Both the position numbers and the translations under genes were made by a program. From Minisyncoccota bacterium (GTDB lineage: Bacteria > Patescibacteriota > Minisyncoccia > Phycocordibacterales > SBAW01), in contig DASZWN010000001.1 of the NCBI GenBank assembly GCA_035546575.1, forward strand, positions 1 to 47,081: 47,081 nt of DNA, read 5' to 3'. The notes beneath the pieces were generated by a model. It had not been told where the DNA came from. It saw nothing but the letters and a program-made list of their open reading frames with translations, and made no database searches. Of this stretch, positions 1-9,321 are shown piece by piece (position 1 is the stretch's first letter; each line of letters starts with the position of its first letter).

Positions 1-1066
<1,066 letters not shown>

Positions 1067-1358
1067 CCCTCTCTTTGCAGAGAAAAGAAGCTTGAGAACC
1101 GCAATAATTTGTTGTTGTTTACACACACGTGTCTACACGTGCATGTAATTTAATTTTGATTTTTACCTCCATCTCCACATCCTCGAAAAGACCCGCTTGG
1201 AAAGCGGTTGTGTGATGGATTTTAGTTGTCAAAGTCCGGGCCAAACAGATATCCCTTCGCATTAAAAAATCCCGCCTTCGCGGGACAACAAGCAACACTA
1301 AAGTCGCGTTATTATCGCCGCCTTGTGGATTGATTAATCAGTAACATCTGTACAAGAG

Positions 1359-1387
1359 AGTATATACGAGAGCCCTATAAGTGTCAA
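1359..1387 (-). promoter_or_regulatory. Candidate sigma70-type promoter driving the 23S rRNA
   Basis: The minus strand reads TTGACA - 17 nt - TATACT (plus-strand tgtcaa at ~1382-1387, agtata at ~1359-1364). It lies ~290 nt upstream of the mature 23S 5' end. Confidence 0.55.
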
Positions 1388-1410
1388 ACCTGCCTGCCGA
1401 CAGGCAGGTT
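1387..1410. repeat. GC-rich palindromic hairpin (AACCTGCCTG-ccga-CAGGCAGGTT), copy 1 of a repeated hairpin-plus-minus35 module
   Basis: Perfect 10-bp stem with a 4-nt loop, abutting the -35 hexamer of the 23S promoter on the minus strand. A near-identical copy lies at 2967-2989. Confidence 0.7.
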
Positions 1411-1460
1411 ATAAGGATATTTTGCTCATACAGCTAAAAAAGCCTTATGCCATATAACAA

Positions 1461-1485
1461 AACACCCCTTCAGGGGGTGTTTTGT
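1461..1485. terminator. Bidirectional intrinsic-terminator-like hairpin
   Basis: AAAACACCCC-ttca-GGGGTGTTTT: a GC stem flanked by an A-run and a T-run, lying between the membrane-protein gene and the 23S promoter region. Confidence 0.5.
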
Positions 1486-1503
1486 GTCGAAGATAGTTTT
1501 TGA

Positions 1504-1542
1504 CCCCGACGCTTTGGTCGGGGCCCCGACTATACGTCGGGG
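1504..1542 (-). repeat. Twin-hairpin intergenic element, copy 1
   Basis: Two tandem hairpins with identical stems: CCCCGAC-gctttg-GTCGGGG directly followed by CCCCGAC-tatac-GTCGGGG. The element ends 1 nt from the stop codon of the 1543..2238 gene. A second copy lies at 3747-3782. Confidence 0.8.
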
Positions 1543-2238
1543 TTACATGTGATTGTGCTTGTGCATGTCTTCGCGAGTCTTCTCGATGAAGCGTGCTGCG
1601 GCCTCTTGGCCGCCCAAGCCGAATGCCAAACCGAATGAGATTGCGAGCGCTACCACGATGCCCATAAAGAGCGTTTGGAAGTACTGTGCACCGATGCCGA
1701 GCTGCGAGAGCGCGACCGCGATTGCGAAGATCCAGATAGACCAGCGAGCAAGTGCGCCGGCAAACCCTGCCGAGCGGATACCTGCTGCGCGTGCGCCACC
1801 CGTCACTACATTCTGTGCGAGCTCAGCAATCACTGCGCCTATCAGCACGATCAGCACGGCTACGATCACCTGCGGCAAGAAGCCAATTACTACCTGCTGA
1901 AGGAAGAGCGTTACCGGAGTGAGCGCGAGCACCTGGAGCGCCCACATAAGGAACACGATGATGATGAACCACTTTACAAGCTCGCCGAGGAACGCGCCCG
2001 AGTCGAGCGTGTATCCTGCGCGCGAGACAACATCACCAACACCTGCCGAGCGCAGCGCTTGGTCAACTTTTATCGAGCGTATCGCCTGCGCGATAATGCG
2101 GCCGACAAACGCACCAATAAACCATCCTACGACAAAGATGATGATGGCGAATATCAGGCTCGGGATAAAATTGACGGTGCTGGCGAGCAAGTTAGAAAAC
2201 GACTGCTGCCACACATCAACCCATGTCTGTACGATCAT
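1543..2238 (-). CDS. Polytopic membrane protein with conserved-TM-helix repeats (small mechanosensitive-channel-related family)
   Basis: 231-aa ORF with about 5 hydrophobic helices. It carries repeated motifs resembling the conserved TM helix repeat seen at the N-terminus of MscS-like proteins (e.g. IIxFVVGWFIGxxVGRIIAQAIRS). The family call is from recollection, not a search. Confidence 0.6.
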   Translation of the reverse strand: MIVQTWVDVWQQSFSNLLASTVNFIPSLIFAIIIFVVGWFIGAFVGRIIAQAIRSIKVDQALRSAGVGDVVSRAGYTLDSGAFLGELVKWFIIIVFLMWALQVLALTPVTLFLQQVVIGFLPQVIVAVLIVLIGAVIAELAQNVVTGGARAAGIRSAGFAGALARWSIWIFAIAVALSQLGIGAQYFQTLFMGIVVALAISFGLAFGLGGQEAAARFIEKTREDMHKHNHM

Positions 2239-2335
2239 ATGTTATTAAATAACCTCTGCTAATGAATAATTGCTAACACCTCAATTGTAACAACCCTACC
2301 CTGGGACGCTAGGCCTTGTGTGGATAGTATGGGCC

Positions 2336-2911
2336 TTATTCTAAGCCAATGTCTAAGCGGTCGTGGACGATGCGGTGGTTGTAGTCGAGTACGTCGCGCA
2401 CCAGATGGTCGTTCATATTGAGGCGATAGAAAAACTCGTCGGTGGAGAGGAGTGTATAGCGGATCTCTTTGCCGATTTCAGACTCAAGGAGCCTAATGCT
2501 TTTGCGCAGTTTTTCGTCTTTGATGCGGTCGCCTACCACAAGCAGGTCGACGCGGCCTTCCCACTCCCCTACAAACACGCCGCCCACTACGACAAGTTTG
2601 ATAATGCCAGTGTGGCGTACACGCTCGTATATCTCATCAGCCCGCACCGGCGCATTCAAGAGCAAATTCTGGAGAGCGAGCAGATATGGAAAATTGCTAT
2701 TGAGCGTGTAGCGCGCAAGCTGTCCGCGACTGCGCGAAATAAGACCAATCTTTTTAAATACATTGAGCTCCCGTTGGGTGTCCTTGGCTGGTACTCGGGC
2801 GCGTGAGGCGGCTTCGGCAGCTATAAAGGTCTGGTTTGGGTTAAAAAGGAAAAGCCTTAAAAGCTTGATACGGGCGGCCGATCCAAAGAGTTTCGTAAGC
2901 GTATCAGTCAT
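2336..2911 (-). CDS. Winged-helix DNA-binding protein with a C-terminal nucleotidyltransferase-like domain
   Basis: 191-aa ORF. The N-terminus (KLLRLFLFNPNQTFIAAEAASRARVPAKDTQRELNVFKKIGLI) looks ArsR/wHTH-like. The C-terminal half (VVVGGVFVGEWEGRVDLLVVGD) looks like a minimal NTase fold. Confidence 0.5.
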   Translation of the reverse strand: MTDTLTKLFGSAARIKLLRLFLFNPNQTFIAAEAASRARVPAKDTQRELNVFKKIGLISRSRGQLARYTLNSNFPYLLALQNLLLNAPVRADEIYERVRHTGIIKLVVVGGVFVGEWEGRVDLLVVGDRIKDEKLRKSIRLLESEIGKEIRYTLLSTDEFFYRLNMNDHLVRDVLDYNHRIVHDRLDIGLE

Positions 2912-2966
2912 ACCGGATAATCAGAGTAGCCAGATTATTCTAGTCAAAATTAGGTTAATTAGCAAA

Positions 2967-2989
2967 ACCTGCCTGCCGGTAGGCAGGGT
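2967..2989. repeat. GC-rich palindromic hairpin, copy 2 of the hairpin-plus-minus35 module
   Basis: ACCTGCCT-gccggt-AGGCAGGGT. On the minus strand it is followed by TTGCTA - 17 nt - TAGAAT, a plausible promoter for the 2336..2911 gene. Confidence 0.6.
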
Positions 2990-2991
2990 GG

Positions 2992-3028
2992 ATAAAAAGA
3001 GAGCCGCCAGCGCTTTGGGCGCTGGCGG
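2992..3028 (-). terminator. Rho-independent terminator after the 82-aa ORF
   Basis: Perfect 10-bp stem CCGCCAGCGC-tttgg-GCGCTGGCGG, followed on the minus strand by CTCTCTTTTTAT. Confidence 0.75.
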
Positions 3029-3034
3029 TAGAAA

Positions 3035-3283
3035 TTACTTGGACGCCACGAATTCGGGCGCATATGCGATACCCTGCCGGTCCAGACTTGCCGCCTCTGC
3101 AGGGGTAAGATCCGGCGGCTCGATATGACGCGCCATAAGTTCCACAGCAGCATCGGCCATCTTGGTGGCGTCCGCGCCATACATTGGAATGAAAGCGTCG
3201 ATCACTACTTGACGACAGGCTGGCATCTGAGCCATCGCTGCCTCTGCATATGCCGCATTGACTATTTTAGTCCCTCTATACAT
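3035..3283 (-). CDS. Hypothetical small protein (82 aa)
   Basis: ATG preceded by AAAGGA, with its own downstream terminator. I recognise no family. Confidence 0.45.
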   Translation of the reverse strand: MYRGTKIVNAAYAEAAMAQMPACRQVVIDAFIPMYGADATKMADAAVELMARHIEPPDLTPAEAASLDRQGIAYAPEFVASK

Positions 3284-3321
3284 GAGTCATCCTTTCGTTT
3301 GTCTGCAAAAATCCTAACACA

Positions 3322-3350
3322 ATCAAAAAACTCCGCCATAAGCGGAGTCT
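3322..3350 (-). terminator. Rho-independent terminator after rplL
   Basis: The minus strand reads GACTCCGC-ttatg-GCGGAGT followed by TTTTTTG, about 20 nt after the rplL stop. Confidence 0.8.
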
Positions 3351-3371
3351 TTTGTTTGTATGTTTTGAAGA

Positions 3372-3734
3372 TTACTTCAATTCGACTTTGCCGCCGGCTG
3401 CTTCTACTGCTGCCTTGAGCTTGTCTGCGTCCTCTTTCTTCATCCCCTCTTTGAGCATGGTTGGAGCTGCATCAACGAGGTCCTTCGCCTCCTTAAGGCC
3501 AAGTCCAAGAGCGTCCTTAACTGCCTTGATAACAGCAACTTTCTGGGCACCTGCGTCGGCCAACTGCACGTTAAATGCCGACTTCTCCTCGCCTGCCGCT
3601 GCGCCCGCTGCCGGGCCAGCTGCTGCCACTGCCACTGCCGAGACGCCCCACTTTTCCTCAATCGCTTTAACCAGCGTGTTGAGCTCGAGTACGGTCATCT
3701 TCTCGACTGCTTCGATAATTTGTTCCTGGTTCAT
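3372..3734 (-). CDS. rplL: 50S ribosomal protein L7/L12
   Basis: 120 aa: N-terminal dimerisation helix, Ala/Gly-rich hinge ([15 protein letters not shown]), and a C-terminal domain with [24 protein letters not shown]...[27 protein letters not shown]. Confidence 0.98.
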   Translation of the reverse strand: MNQEQIIEAVEKMTVLELNTLVKAIEEKWGVSAVAVAAAGPAAGAAAGEEKSAFNVQLADAGAQKVAVIKAVKDALGLGLKEAKDLVDAAPTMLKEGMKKEDADKLKAAVEAAGGKVELK

Positions 3735-3746
3735 AGTTTTAATTAA

Positions 3747-3782
3747 CCCGACGCTTTGGTCGGGTCCCGACTATACGTCGGG
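3747..3782 (-). repeat. Twin-hairpin intergenic element, copy 2 (rplJ-rplL spacer)
   Basis: CCCGAC-gctttg-GTCGGG t CCCGAC-tatac-GTCGGG, with the same loops and stem core as copy 1. It starts 1-2 nt after the rplJ stop codon and ends 12 nt before the rplL ATG. Confidence 0.8.
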
Positions 3783-3783
3783 A

Positions 3784-4272
3784 TTAGCTTTTAGTTTCTG
3801 CTACACGGCTGAGCACCACTGCAAACCGCTGCTTGGGCGAGTTGATGAGTTGGGCAAACATGCCGCGGAGCGTCTCAGCACCCGGAATAGCCGCAATTGA
3901 AATAATCTCATCTTTCCCGACAAACTTGCCTGCAAACATGCCGCCTGCAAATGCAAGATGCTCGCCAAACTTTTTGACGAACACTGCCATCTCTCGTGCG
4001 GGAGCCAACTCGTCCTCGCCATAGGCAAGCGCCACTTCTCCTTCAAGCACTGGCATCTCTCCCTCAAATGCGCCTTCTTTAAGGCCAATGTTGAGAAGTG
4101 TCTTTTTTGCAACGGTATAGCCAACCGCCTGAGCACGGAGTGCTTTACGCATCTCGTTTTGCTCGGCAACGGTGAGCCCCTTAAAGTTGGCAAACACGAG
4201 CGTCTTTGCCTTCTTTGCGATGTCGCTCACCTTTGCGACAACTTCTGCTTTCTTTTGTTTTGTAATTGCCAT
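3784..4272 (-). CDS. rplJ: 50S ribosomal protein L10
   Basis: MAITKQKKAEVV...FANFKGLTVAEQNEMRKALR...VAKKTL is typical L10. The ORF stays open to an upstream ATG at 4317, but the L10-like sequence begins at the ATG at 4272, which I prefer. Confidence 0.9.
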   Translation of the reverse strand: MAITKQKKAEVVAKVSDIAKKAKTLVFANFKGLTVAEQNEMRKALRAQAVGYTVAKKTLLNIGLKEGAFEGEMPVLEGEVALAYGEDELAPAREMAVFVKKFGEHLAFAGGMFAGKFVGKDEIISIAAIPGAETLRGMFAQLINSPKQRFAVVLSRVAETKS

Positions 4273-4456
4273 TCTTTTTATTGCCACAGAATCCAGTCGG
4301 TTCTGCGGTTTGGGCATAAAAAATGCCCTATTACTATAAGGGCTTGGAGAATCGACCTACCTCGGTCGGCGCTCGTAAGCATTAAATCCCTCTGCGGGAA
4401 ACCAACTGTCTCTGGCCCTTGATGAACAGATTACCGTGGAGACGCCACTGTGTCAA
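4273..4456 (-). promoter_or_regulatory. Candidate rplJL promoter plus structured leader (possible L10-type autoregulatory leader)
   Basis: The minus strand reads TTGACA - 17 nt - TAATCT (plus-strand ~4428-4456), followed by a ~150-nt leader with several stems and a weak hairpin plus T-run just before the ORF. The leader function is inferred from the known L10(L12)4 autoregulation of rplJL. Confidence 0.35.
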
Positions 4457-4575
4457 CCGGACTCGGCGCAAGCGAGGCAGTTGCGGCCATAAGCCCAAAA
4501 GCAAGCCCCAATATAACGAGGAAGCTAAAAAAGAATTTATAGAAGGTCTTTGTAAAATACCGGGGCATGCAAAAA

Positions 4576-5169
4576 CTAGTGAGCTTGTGCGTTCAGTTGC
4601 GCCTGGAGTTTTAGGAGATCTGGATTATTAGGATTTGCTTTGAGTCCTTGCGCGAGTATGTCTGCTGCTGCAGAAGTTCCTGACTTATACCCGTATACGG
4701 TATAGAGCATGTACAGGTTGCGGTAGCCGTCAATATAGTCGGGCTTGAGTTCCACCACCTTTTGATAATTGATCTCAGCAGACGGATAGTTATGAAAGAC
4801 ATTTTCATACATGTCGGCAAGGTTGTTGTATGCAATGTAGCTGATAAACGAGTGTGACTCGGCTAACCCCTCCCAGATTGCGGCTGCACCCCGGTAGTCG
4901 CCGGCATTCTTTTTGTCTTGGCCTTGCTGCAGGATCTTATACTGCGCATCTACTTGCGATTGGGTGAGCGCTCCATTGAGGTTAACACCCTGATTTTGAT
5001 TAGCGGAAGAGGTTGTCGTTGCCGTAGAGGTAGCCGCAGTAGGAGTTGTGGTAGCTGTCCCCTGCTCCAGCACAGGCTCTGTAGACTTGCCCATAAAAAG
5101 TGCGATACCGCCAAGCACTACTATCACAACAGCTGCGAGTACGACCCAGGTCCGAGTAGAGTTTTGCAT
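4576..5169 (-). CDS. Membrane-anchored TPR-repeat protein
   Basis: 197 aa: N-terminal TM helix (WVVLAAVVIVVLGGIALF), a Thr/Ser-rich linker, then TPR-like repeats (AYNNLADMYENVFHNYPSAEINYQKVVELKPDYIDGYRNLYMLY). Confidence 0.7.
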   Translation of the reverse strand: MQNSTRTWVVLAAVVIVVLGGIALFMGKSTEPVLEQGTATTTPTAATSTATTTSSANQNQGVNLNGALTQSQVDAQYKILQQGQDKKNAGDYRGAAAIWEGLAESHSFISYIAYNNLADMYENVFHNYPSAEINYQKVVELKPDYIDGYRNLYMLYTVYGYKSGTSAAADILAQGLKANPNNPDLLKLQAQLNAQAH

Positions 5170-5203
5170 ACCTTATAAGTGTACTACGCCTCTGCGGAGC
5201 AAC

Positions 5204-5235
5204 GCAAAAGCCCCCTCTTTCGAGGGGGCTTTTGC
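5204..5235. terminator. Strong hairpin terminator after the large surface-protein gene
   Basis: Perfect 14-bp stem GCAAAAGCCCCCTC-tttc-GAGGGGGCTTTTGC, about 45 nt downstream of the 5282 stop. It is symmetric, so it may act in both directions. Confidence 0.7.
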
Positions 5236-5281
5236 TGCTTGGTACTAGGAATTAATCCTGTACGTTGCTCCGCTATCAGTA

Positions 5282-8200
5282 TTACTGAGTGCGGTTCTGG
5301 TTGATGCCGAGGGACGGGAGTCCAACAACACCGTAACCATTCGCGTAGTCGTTAGCCGCAGCTGAGGTAACCGTACCCGTTGCGTTTGGAGACCATACGA
5401 AGTTGTAGAGCGCGTCAAGAGCCGTTGCAGTACCAACTGCTGGGCTAGCAATCTGCGAACCATCACCCATCAACGTTGTGTTGATGTTGTAGTTCGAAGC
5501 AGAGCCGTTGTAGGTCACCGTACCCTTCAGGAGGAAGTATACCGATGAGCCTCCAGGGACCTGGATCGGAGTAGAGATGGTTGTCGTCGCATACATACCA
5601 CCTGCAGTGTAGGTAGCAGCTACTGCTACACCTGCGGTTGTACCCGGAGCTGGCGTCGAGAAGCTAGAATCGCTGTACGCATAGAGCGTAGGATTTGCAA
5701 CTACGATACCAGTCGAGGATGCGAAGCTGAAGACGAACTGCTTAACACCAAGTGAGCCAGCGCTGTTTGCGGTGACATGGAACTTGATGAGCTGGCCGTC
5801 GCCGGTAACGCCACCAGTAGTGGTGTTATCGAGCGTGACGGTTGGGAAGGTCTTGTAGACAGTTACGCCTGCAACACCTGCTGTTGCACCGACGCTAACT
5901 GGCTGACCAGACGCTACGCCTGTGCCCTCTGCACCGGACGGATCAACCTTGATGATTGCTCCCTCAACGCCTGGCTGACCTACGCCAATCTGAGCAAGGT
6001 CACCCTTGATCGTGAGATTGAAGTCTGTGTTTGCCGGAAGAGCGATAGAGCTTGCAAGTGAGGTTGTTGCGTATGTACCAGTGAAGGTAGCTGTACCAAC
6101 CTGAGTTGCGCCGTTATAGAGGTAGACCGTACCAAGAGATGCTGCGGTGCCGCTAGTCAACTTGAGGCCAACCTTTGTGAGGTTGATCGACTCGTTAGCC
6201 GCGCGGAACTTGATAACACCCAAGGTGACGCCGTTCGTACCACCTGCTGCGATAGCAGCTGACGGAGACGTAGCGGCATCATAACCAACAGTGAGAGTGC
6301 CGGTGCCCGAGACGGCCTGTGCGCCAGCCGAAGTGCTGGTGATGGTCATACCGAGAGTACCGTTGGTAGGACCAACAGTGCTGTTTGATGTGTTACCAGT
6401 TGCAGTGATGCTCTGGCCGCTTACTACACCCCACGTAAACGTGCCGGTAGTACCAGACGCTACGTTGCAGGTGAGAGTAAGAGTTGTGACTGTTCCCTTC
6501 GGAACAACAAGCGAGTTGTTGAAGTTGAAGGTAGTCGGGTAAGTAGCTGCAGGTGCCCATGAGTTAGCGGCAATTACCGGTGAGTTTACCGTGTTAGAGC
6601 CGTAGTTCAGAGGCGAACCTGTACCAACTGCGCCGTTCCAGAGCTGGCAGCCGCTCAAAGTCGAAGTTGATGCACCGGCTGAGCCGATAGAATCAACCAT
6701 CATGAGCGGAAGCGAGTTGAGACGGATGTCTTCGCCAGACTGTGAAGCGTCGAGCTGCACGTTAGCAAAGACCGTATTCTGGCCGCCTGCAACGATAGAC
6801 TGCGCTGCCGGTGTTGCAGACACGCTAACCGCGAGGGTTGCGCCGCGAACCGTCATTGTGTTCATCGAGACAGTGCCAGCACTGGAGAGAGATACCGTGT
6901 TGCCGGTAGTCTGACCAGTTACATTAGTCCAAGAGCTTGGAGTCGTGCTGAGGCGGTACGTAGAGCCGTTAGCCGCACCAGTAGGAACCGTACCCTTGAG
7001 GGTATAGGTTGCAGAACCAACCGGGAAGGTGATCGTATTGCTGAACACAAGGTTGCCAGCAGTATTCTCGTCGACCGGACCGGCAACAACGCTGCCGTTC
7101 TTGTCAACAATCGATACGTTCGTGAGGAAGCCCGTAGAACCAGTAGTAGACGAGACAGCAAATGTCAGCGTCTGTACTGATACCGGCTCACCAACAAAGT
7201 TGGTAGTGAAGCCGCCGAGTACCTGGTTAGGAACGTTGATTGCAATGTTCTGCGATGCAACGCTCGATGCGTTGGTGATCGTAGTTACCGTACCGCCCTG
7301 GATAGTTACTGTAGAACCCTGGAAGAATGGCTGACCAGCAGCATATGTTCCTCCGGATACTGTACCGCTACCGACGAAGCCGGAGCGATAAGTACCAGTC
7401 GAAGGGGTTGAGCGATCCCAGCTATTTGCAGTTGGGATGATGCCGTAACCATAGGTCTGACCAACAACGTAGATGTCGGAAGCCTTGTCGATATCGAATG
7501 CTGCTACGCGACCTGAAGCGTTAGAACCAGCAATGTCACCCTTGAGGTATACATCTGCTGAGTAACCCTTCTGGACGAGCACGCCACCTGGGAATACCGA
7601 GGTGAGGTAACGACCGTCAGTCGAGGCAACAACCGGATATGAGGTGCCGTTGACGTAGGTCATGAGGTTTGCCAAGTCCGAAGACGAGACAGAACCGTTC
7701 ATGCGCCAGCGGATGCTCATTACGCGAACATCCTCAGCAGAGCCTGCCTGTACGCGAACACCAGAGAAGTTAACGCCAGTGTCACCAATGTTCTTGGTAG
7801 AAGCGTTTGCCGGATCGTACGAAGAGATGCTGAGTGTTGCTGTACCGATAGCAAGCGACGAGTTGATCGTCTGGGAAGCACCCGTAATCGGGAGCGAGCC
7901 ATTGACCGCTGCAGAGCTGTTGATAGCAACAACCTGGAGCTGTGCGATCTGACCCGAGTAGTTGTCGAGGTTAGATGCCATGTTGCCTGCAACAGTGTAA
8001 GTCATCGACTGACCCGGGTTGAGCATAAAGCTCGAACCGATGTTTGCCTGATGATTGCTGTTGAGGGTGCTTGAAACGCCGATCTGAGCGCCAGTCTGGT
8101 CCAAGAGGACGATACCGGAGAAGACCGAGTCGTTAGCAAAGCCAACGCGCTGCACCGTTACGCTGTTGATCGTCACTGCCATCGAAGAGTTGTTCGTGAG

Positions 8201-8821
8201 AGTGAAGGTCGTGAAAGGAACGCGCGATGCGCTCTCTACAGCGAGCGAGTTAGCAGGCTGTGCTGCTGCCGAAACGCTGAGACCAGGACCTGAAGGTGTG
8301 CCCGGGTTGCTAGAAGTGCCACCGCAAACAGCTGCAATAGCTGCGCGAGTAGCAGGACCAACGATACCGATCGGGTCAACATTGTTCAAAGTCTGGAACT
8401 TGATCACTGCTGCCTTAGTAGCAGGACCGAAGTAGGTTGACTCAAGACCAGGAGAGCCTGCGCCAGAGCTTGCTACCTGAGTAGCTGCCTTTGCGTTGAG
8501 GAAGACCTGGAGAGCCTTGACGTCAGCACCTGTCGAACCCTGCTGGAGGGAGCGAGAGAGCGCTGGGCAAGCACCGCCGGTGCCTGTACCTGTGCCCGTA
8601 CCAGTTGTTGCCTGGCCGTTGAGCGAGGCAGTCACATTTGCGACTGTCTGCGCATCAGCACCGAACGATTGAAGCAGCGAGATGATTGCGCTTATCTGCG
8701 ACTGCGTCAGGGCTGCCGCCTGTGCTGGTGCTGCTGCAAATGCTCCCGCGAAGAGAGAAAGTGCAACTGCGACACCCGCTACAAAAGCGACGAGCCGTGT
8801 TGAACTCTGAGTAATAGTCAT
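5282..8821 (-). CDS. Large secreted cell-surface protein with an N-terminal peptidoglycan-binding domain and a long beta-rich Thr/Ser/Gly/Ala region (S-layer/adhesin-like)
   Basis: 1179 aa. It has a signal peptide (VAFVAGVAVALSLFAGAFAAAPAQA), a (TG)5 linker, and a PG_binding_1-like segment (GSTGADVKALQVFLN...YFGPATKAAVIKFQ...GIVGPATRAAI). About 1000 aa of low-charge T/S/G/A/V-rich sequence follows, typical of Ig-like repeat surface proteins. Confidence 0.8.
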   Translation of the reverse strand: MTITQSSTRLVAFVAGVAVALSLFAGAFAAAPAQAAALTQSQISAIISLLQSFGADAQTVANVTASLNGQATTGTGTGTGTGGACPALSRSLQQGSTGADVKALQVFLNAKAATQVASSGAGSPGLESTYFGPATKAAVIKFQTLNNVDPIGIVGPATRAAIAAVCGGTSSNPGTPSGPGLSVSAAAQPANSLAVESASRVPFTTFTLTNNSSMAVTINSVTVQRVGFANDSVFSGIVLLDQTGAQIGVSSTLNSNHQANIGSSFMLNPGQSMTYTVAGNMASNLDNYSGQIAQLQVVAINSSAAVNGSLPITGASQTINSSLAIGTATLSISSYDPANASTKNIGDTGVNFSGVRVQAGSAEDVRVMSIRWRMNGSVSSSDLANLMTYVNGTSYPVVASTDGRYLTSVFPGGVLVQKGYSADVYLKGDIAGSNASGRVAAFDIDKASDIYVVGQTYGYGIIPTANSWDRSTPSTGTYRSGFVGSGTVSGGTYAAGQPFFQGSTVTIQGGTVTTITNASSVASQNIAINVPNQVLGGFTTNFVGEPVSVQTLTFAVSSTTGSTGFLTNVSIVDKNGSVVAGPVDENTAGNLVFSNTITFPVGSATYTLKGTVPTGAANGSTYRLSTTPSSWTNVTGQTTGNTVSLSSAGTVSMNTMTVRGATLAVSVSATPAAQSIVAGGQNTVFANVQLDASQSGEDIRLNSLPLMMVDSIGSAGASTSTLSGCQLWNGAVGTGSPLNYGSNTVNSPVIAANSWAPAATYPTTFNFNNSLVVPKGTVTTLTLTCNVASGTTGTFTWGVVSGQSITATGNTSNSTVGPTNGTLGMTITSTSAGAQAVSGTGTLTVGYDAATSPSAAIAAGGTNGVTLGVIKFRAANESINLTKVGLKLTSGTAASLGTVYLYNGATQVGTATFTGTYATTSLASSIALPANTDFNLTIKGDLAQIGVGQPGVEGAIIKVDPSGAEGTGVASGQPVSVGATAGVAGVTVYKTFPTVTLDNTTTGGVTGDGQLIKFHVTANSAGSLGVKQFVFSFASSTGIVVANPTLYAYSDSSFSTPAPGTTAGVAVAATYTAGGMYATTTISTPIQVPGGSSVYFLLKGTVTYNGSASNYNINTTLMGDGSQIASPAVGTATALDALYNFVWSPNATGTVTSAAANDYANGYGVVGLPSLGINQNRTQ

Positions 8822-9162
8822 ACTTTAATAATTCTCGAACGAATAATAATTTACTTGTAATCTACCAATAAAGAGAACCGCACGTTTTTCTACCGACCAC
8901 CTTTTTGCCTCGACCTCTGTTAAAGAAGTCGGGCCACCAGGCGTGCCTTGGTAGCAATAGATAGGACTGAGTTTCAACCGGTAGCAACCATGAAGGGATC
9001 AGGAATATTCTGTAGAGAACACTGTTAATGACGCCCTAAGCACATATTGCTTACAGCGCCGTTATGATGGACGTTTTCGTACGTATTAAATTGTCAACGA
9101 ACAATACTTTTCTTGCCTTTCTGTATACGTGCTCAGATGTGCCGATTTCAGTCGCTCACACC

Positions 9163-9192
9163 ATTATATGGCTATATACAAAAAGCCTGCAA
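9163..9192 (-). promoter_or_regulatory. Candidate promoter for the surface-protein gene (implies a ~330-nt 5' leader)
   Basis: The minus strand reads TTGCAG - 18 nt - TATAAT within the 500-bp non-coding gap 8822-9321. Confidence 0.35.
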
Positions 9193-9321
9193 AAAAACTA
9201 TGTGGATAAGCGGCAAAAGGATATTTTGCCGAAAACACACAAAAAGCCCACCTTGGGCCCTCCTTGTGTTTGTCCACACATCAAAAGGTATACCAAGGGG
9301 TATAAAAGGTCAATTGACCGG

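Noticed and set aside
1067-1542. Possible 16S-23S spacer with tRNA-Ile/tRNA-Ala, or the end of a 16S gene
   Set aside because: I could fold no cloverleaf and saw no 16S 3'-end motif. The region instead contains a promoter-like element and terminator-like hairpins.
1553-2262. Plus-strand ORFs (115, 195 and 109 aa) opposite the membrane-protein gene
   Set aside because: Arg/Cys/His-rich or low-complexity translations, typical of antisense shadows of a GC-rich hydrophobic gene. The minus-strand ORF has a coherent TM architecture.
3352-3900. 182-aa plus-strand ORF rich in Ala/Ser
   Set aside because: It is antisense to the unmistakable rplL and the rplJ 3' end, so it is a shadow ORF.
4273-4317. 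15-codon N-terminal extension of rplJ from the upstream ATG
   Set aside because: The L10-like sequence starts at MAITKQKK, and the extension (MPKPQNRLDSVAIKR) is not L10-like. It is kept only as an alternative start.
8822-9321. Possible structured ncRNA (tmRNA, RNase P, SRP, 6S) in the 500-bp gap
   Set aside because: I recognised none of the conserved core motifs of these RNAs. I cannot exclude a novel RNA without a covariance-model scan.
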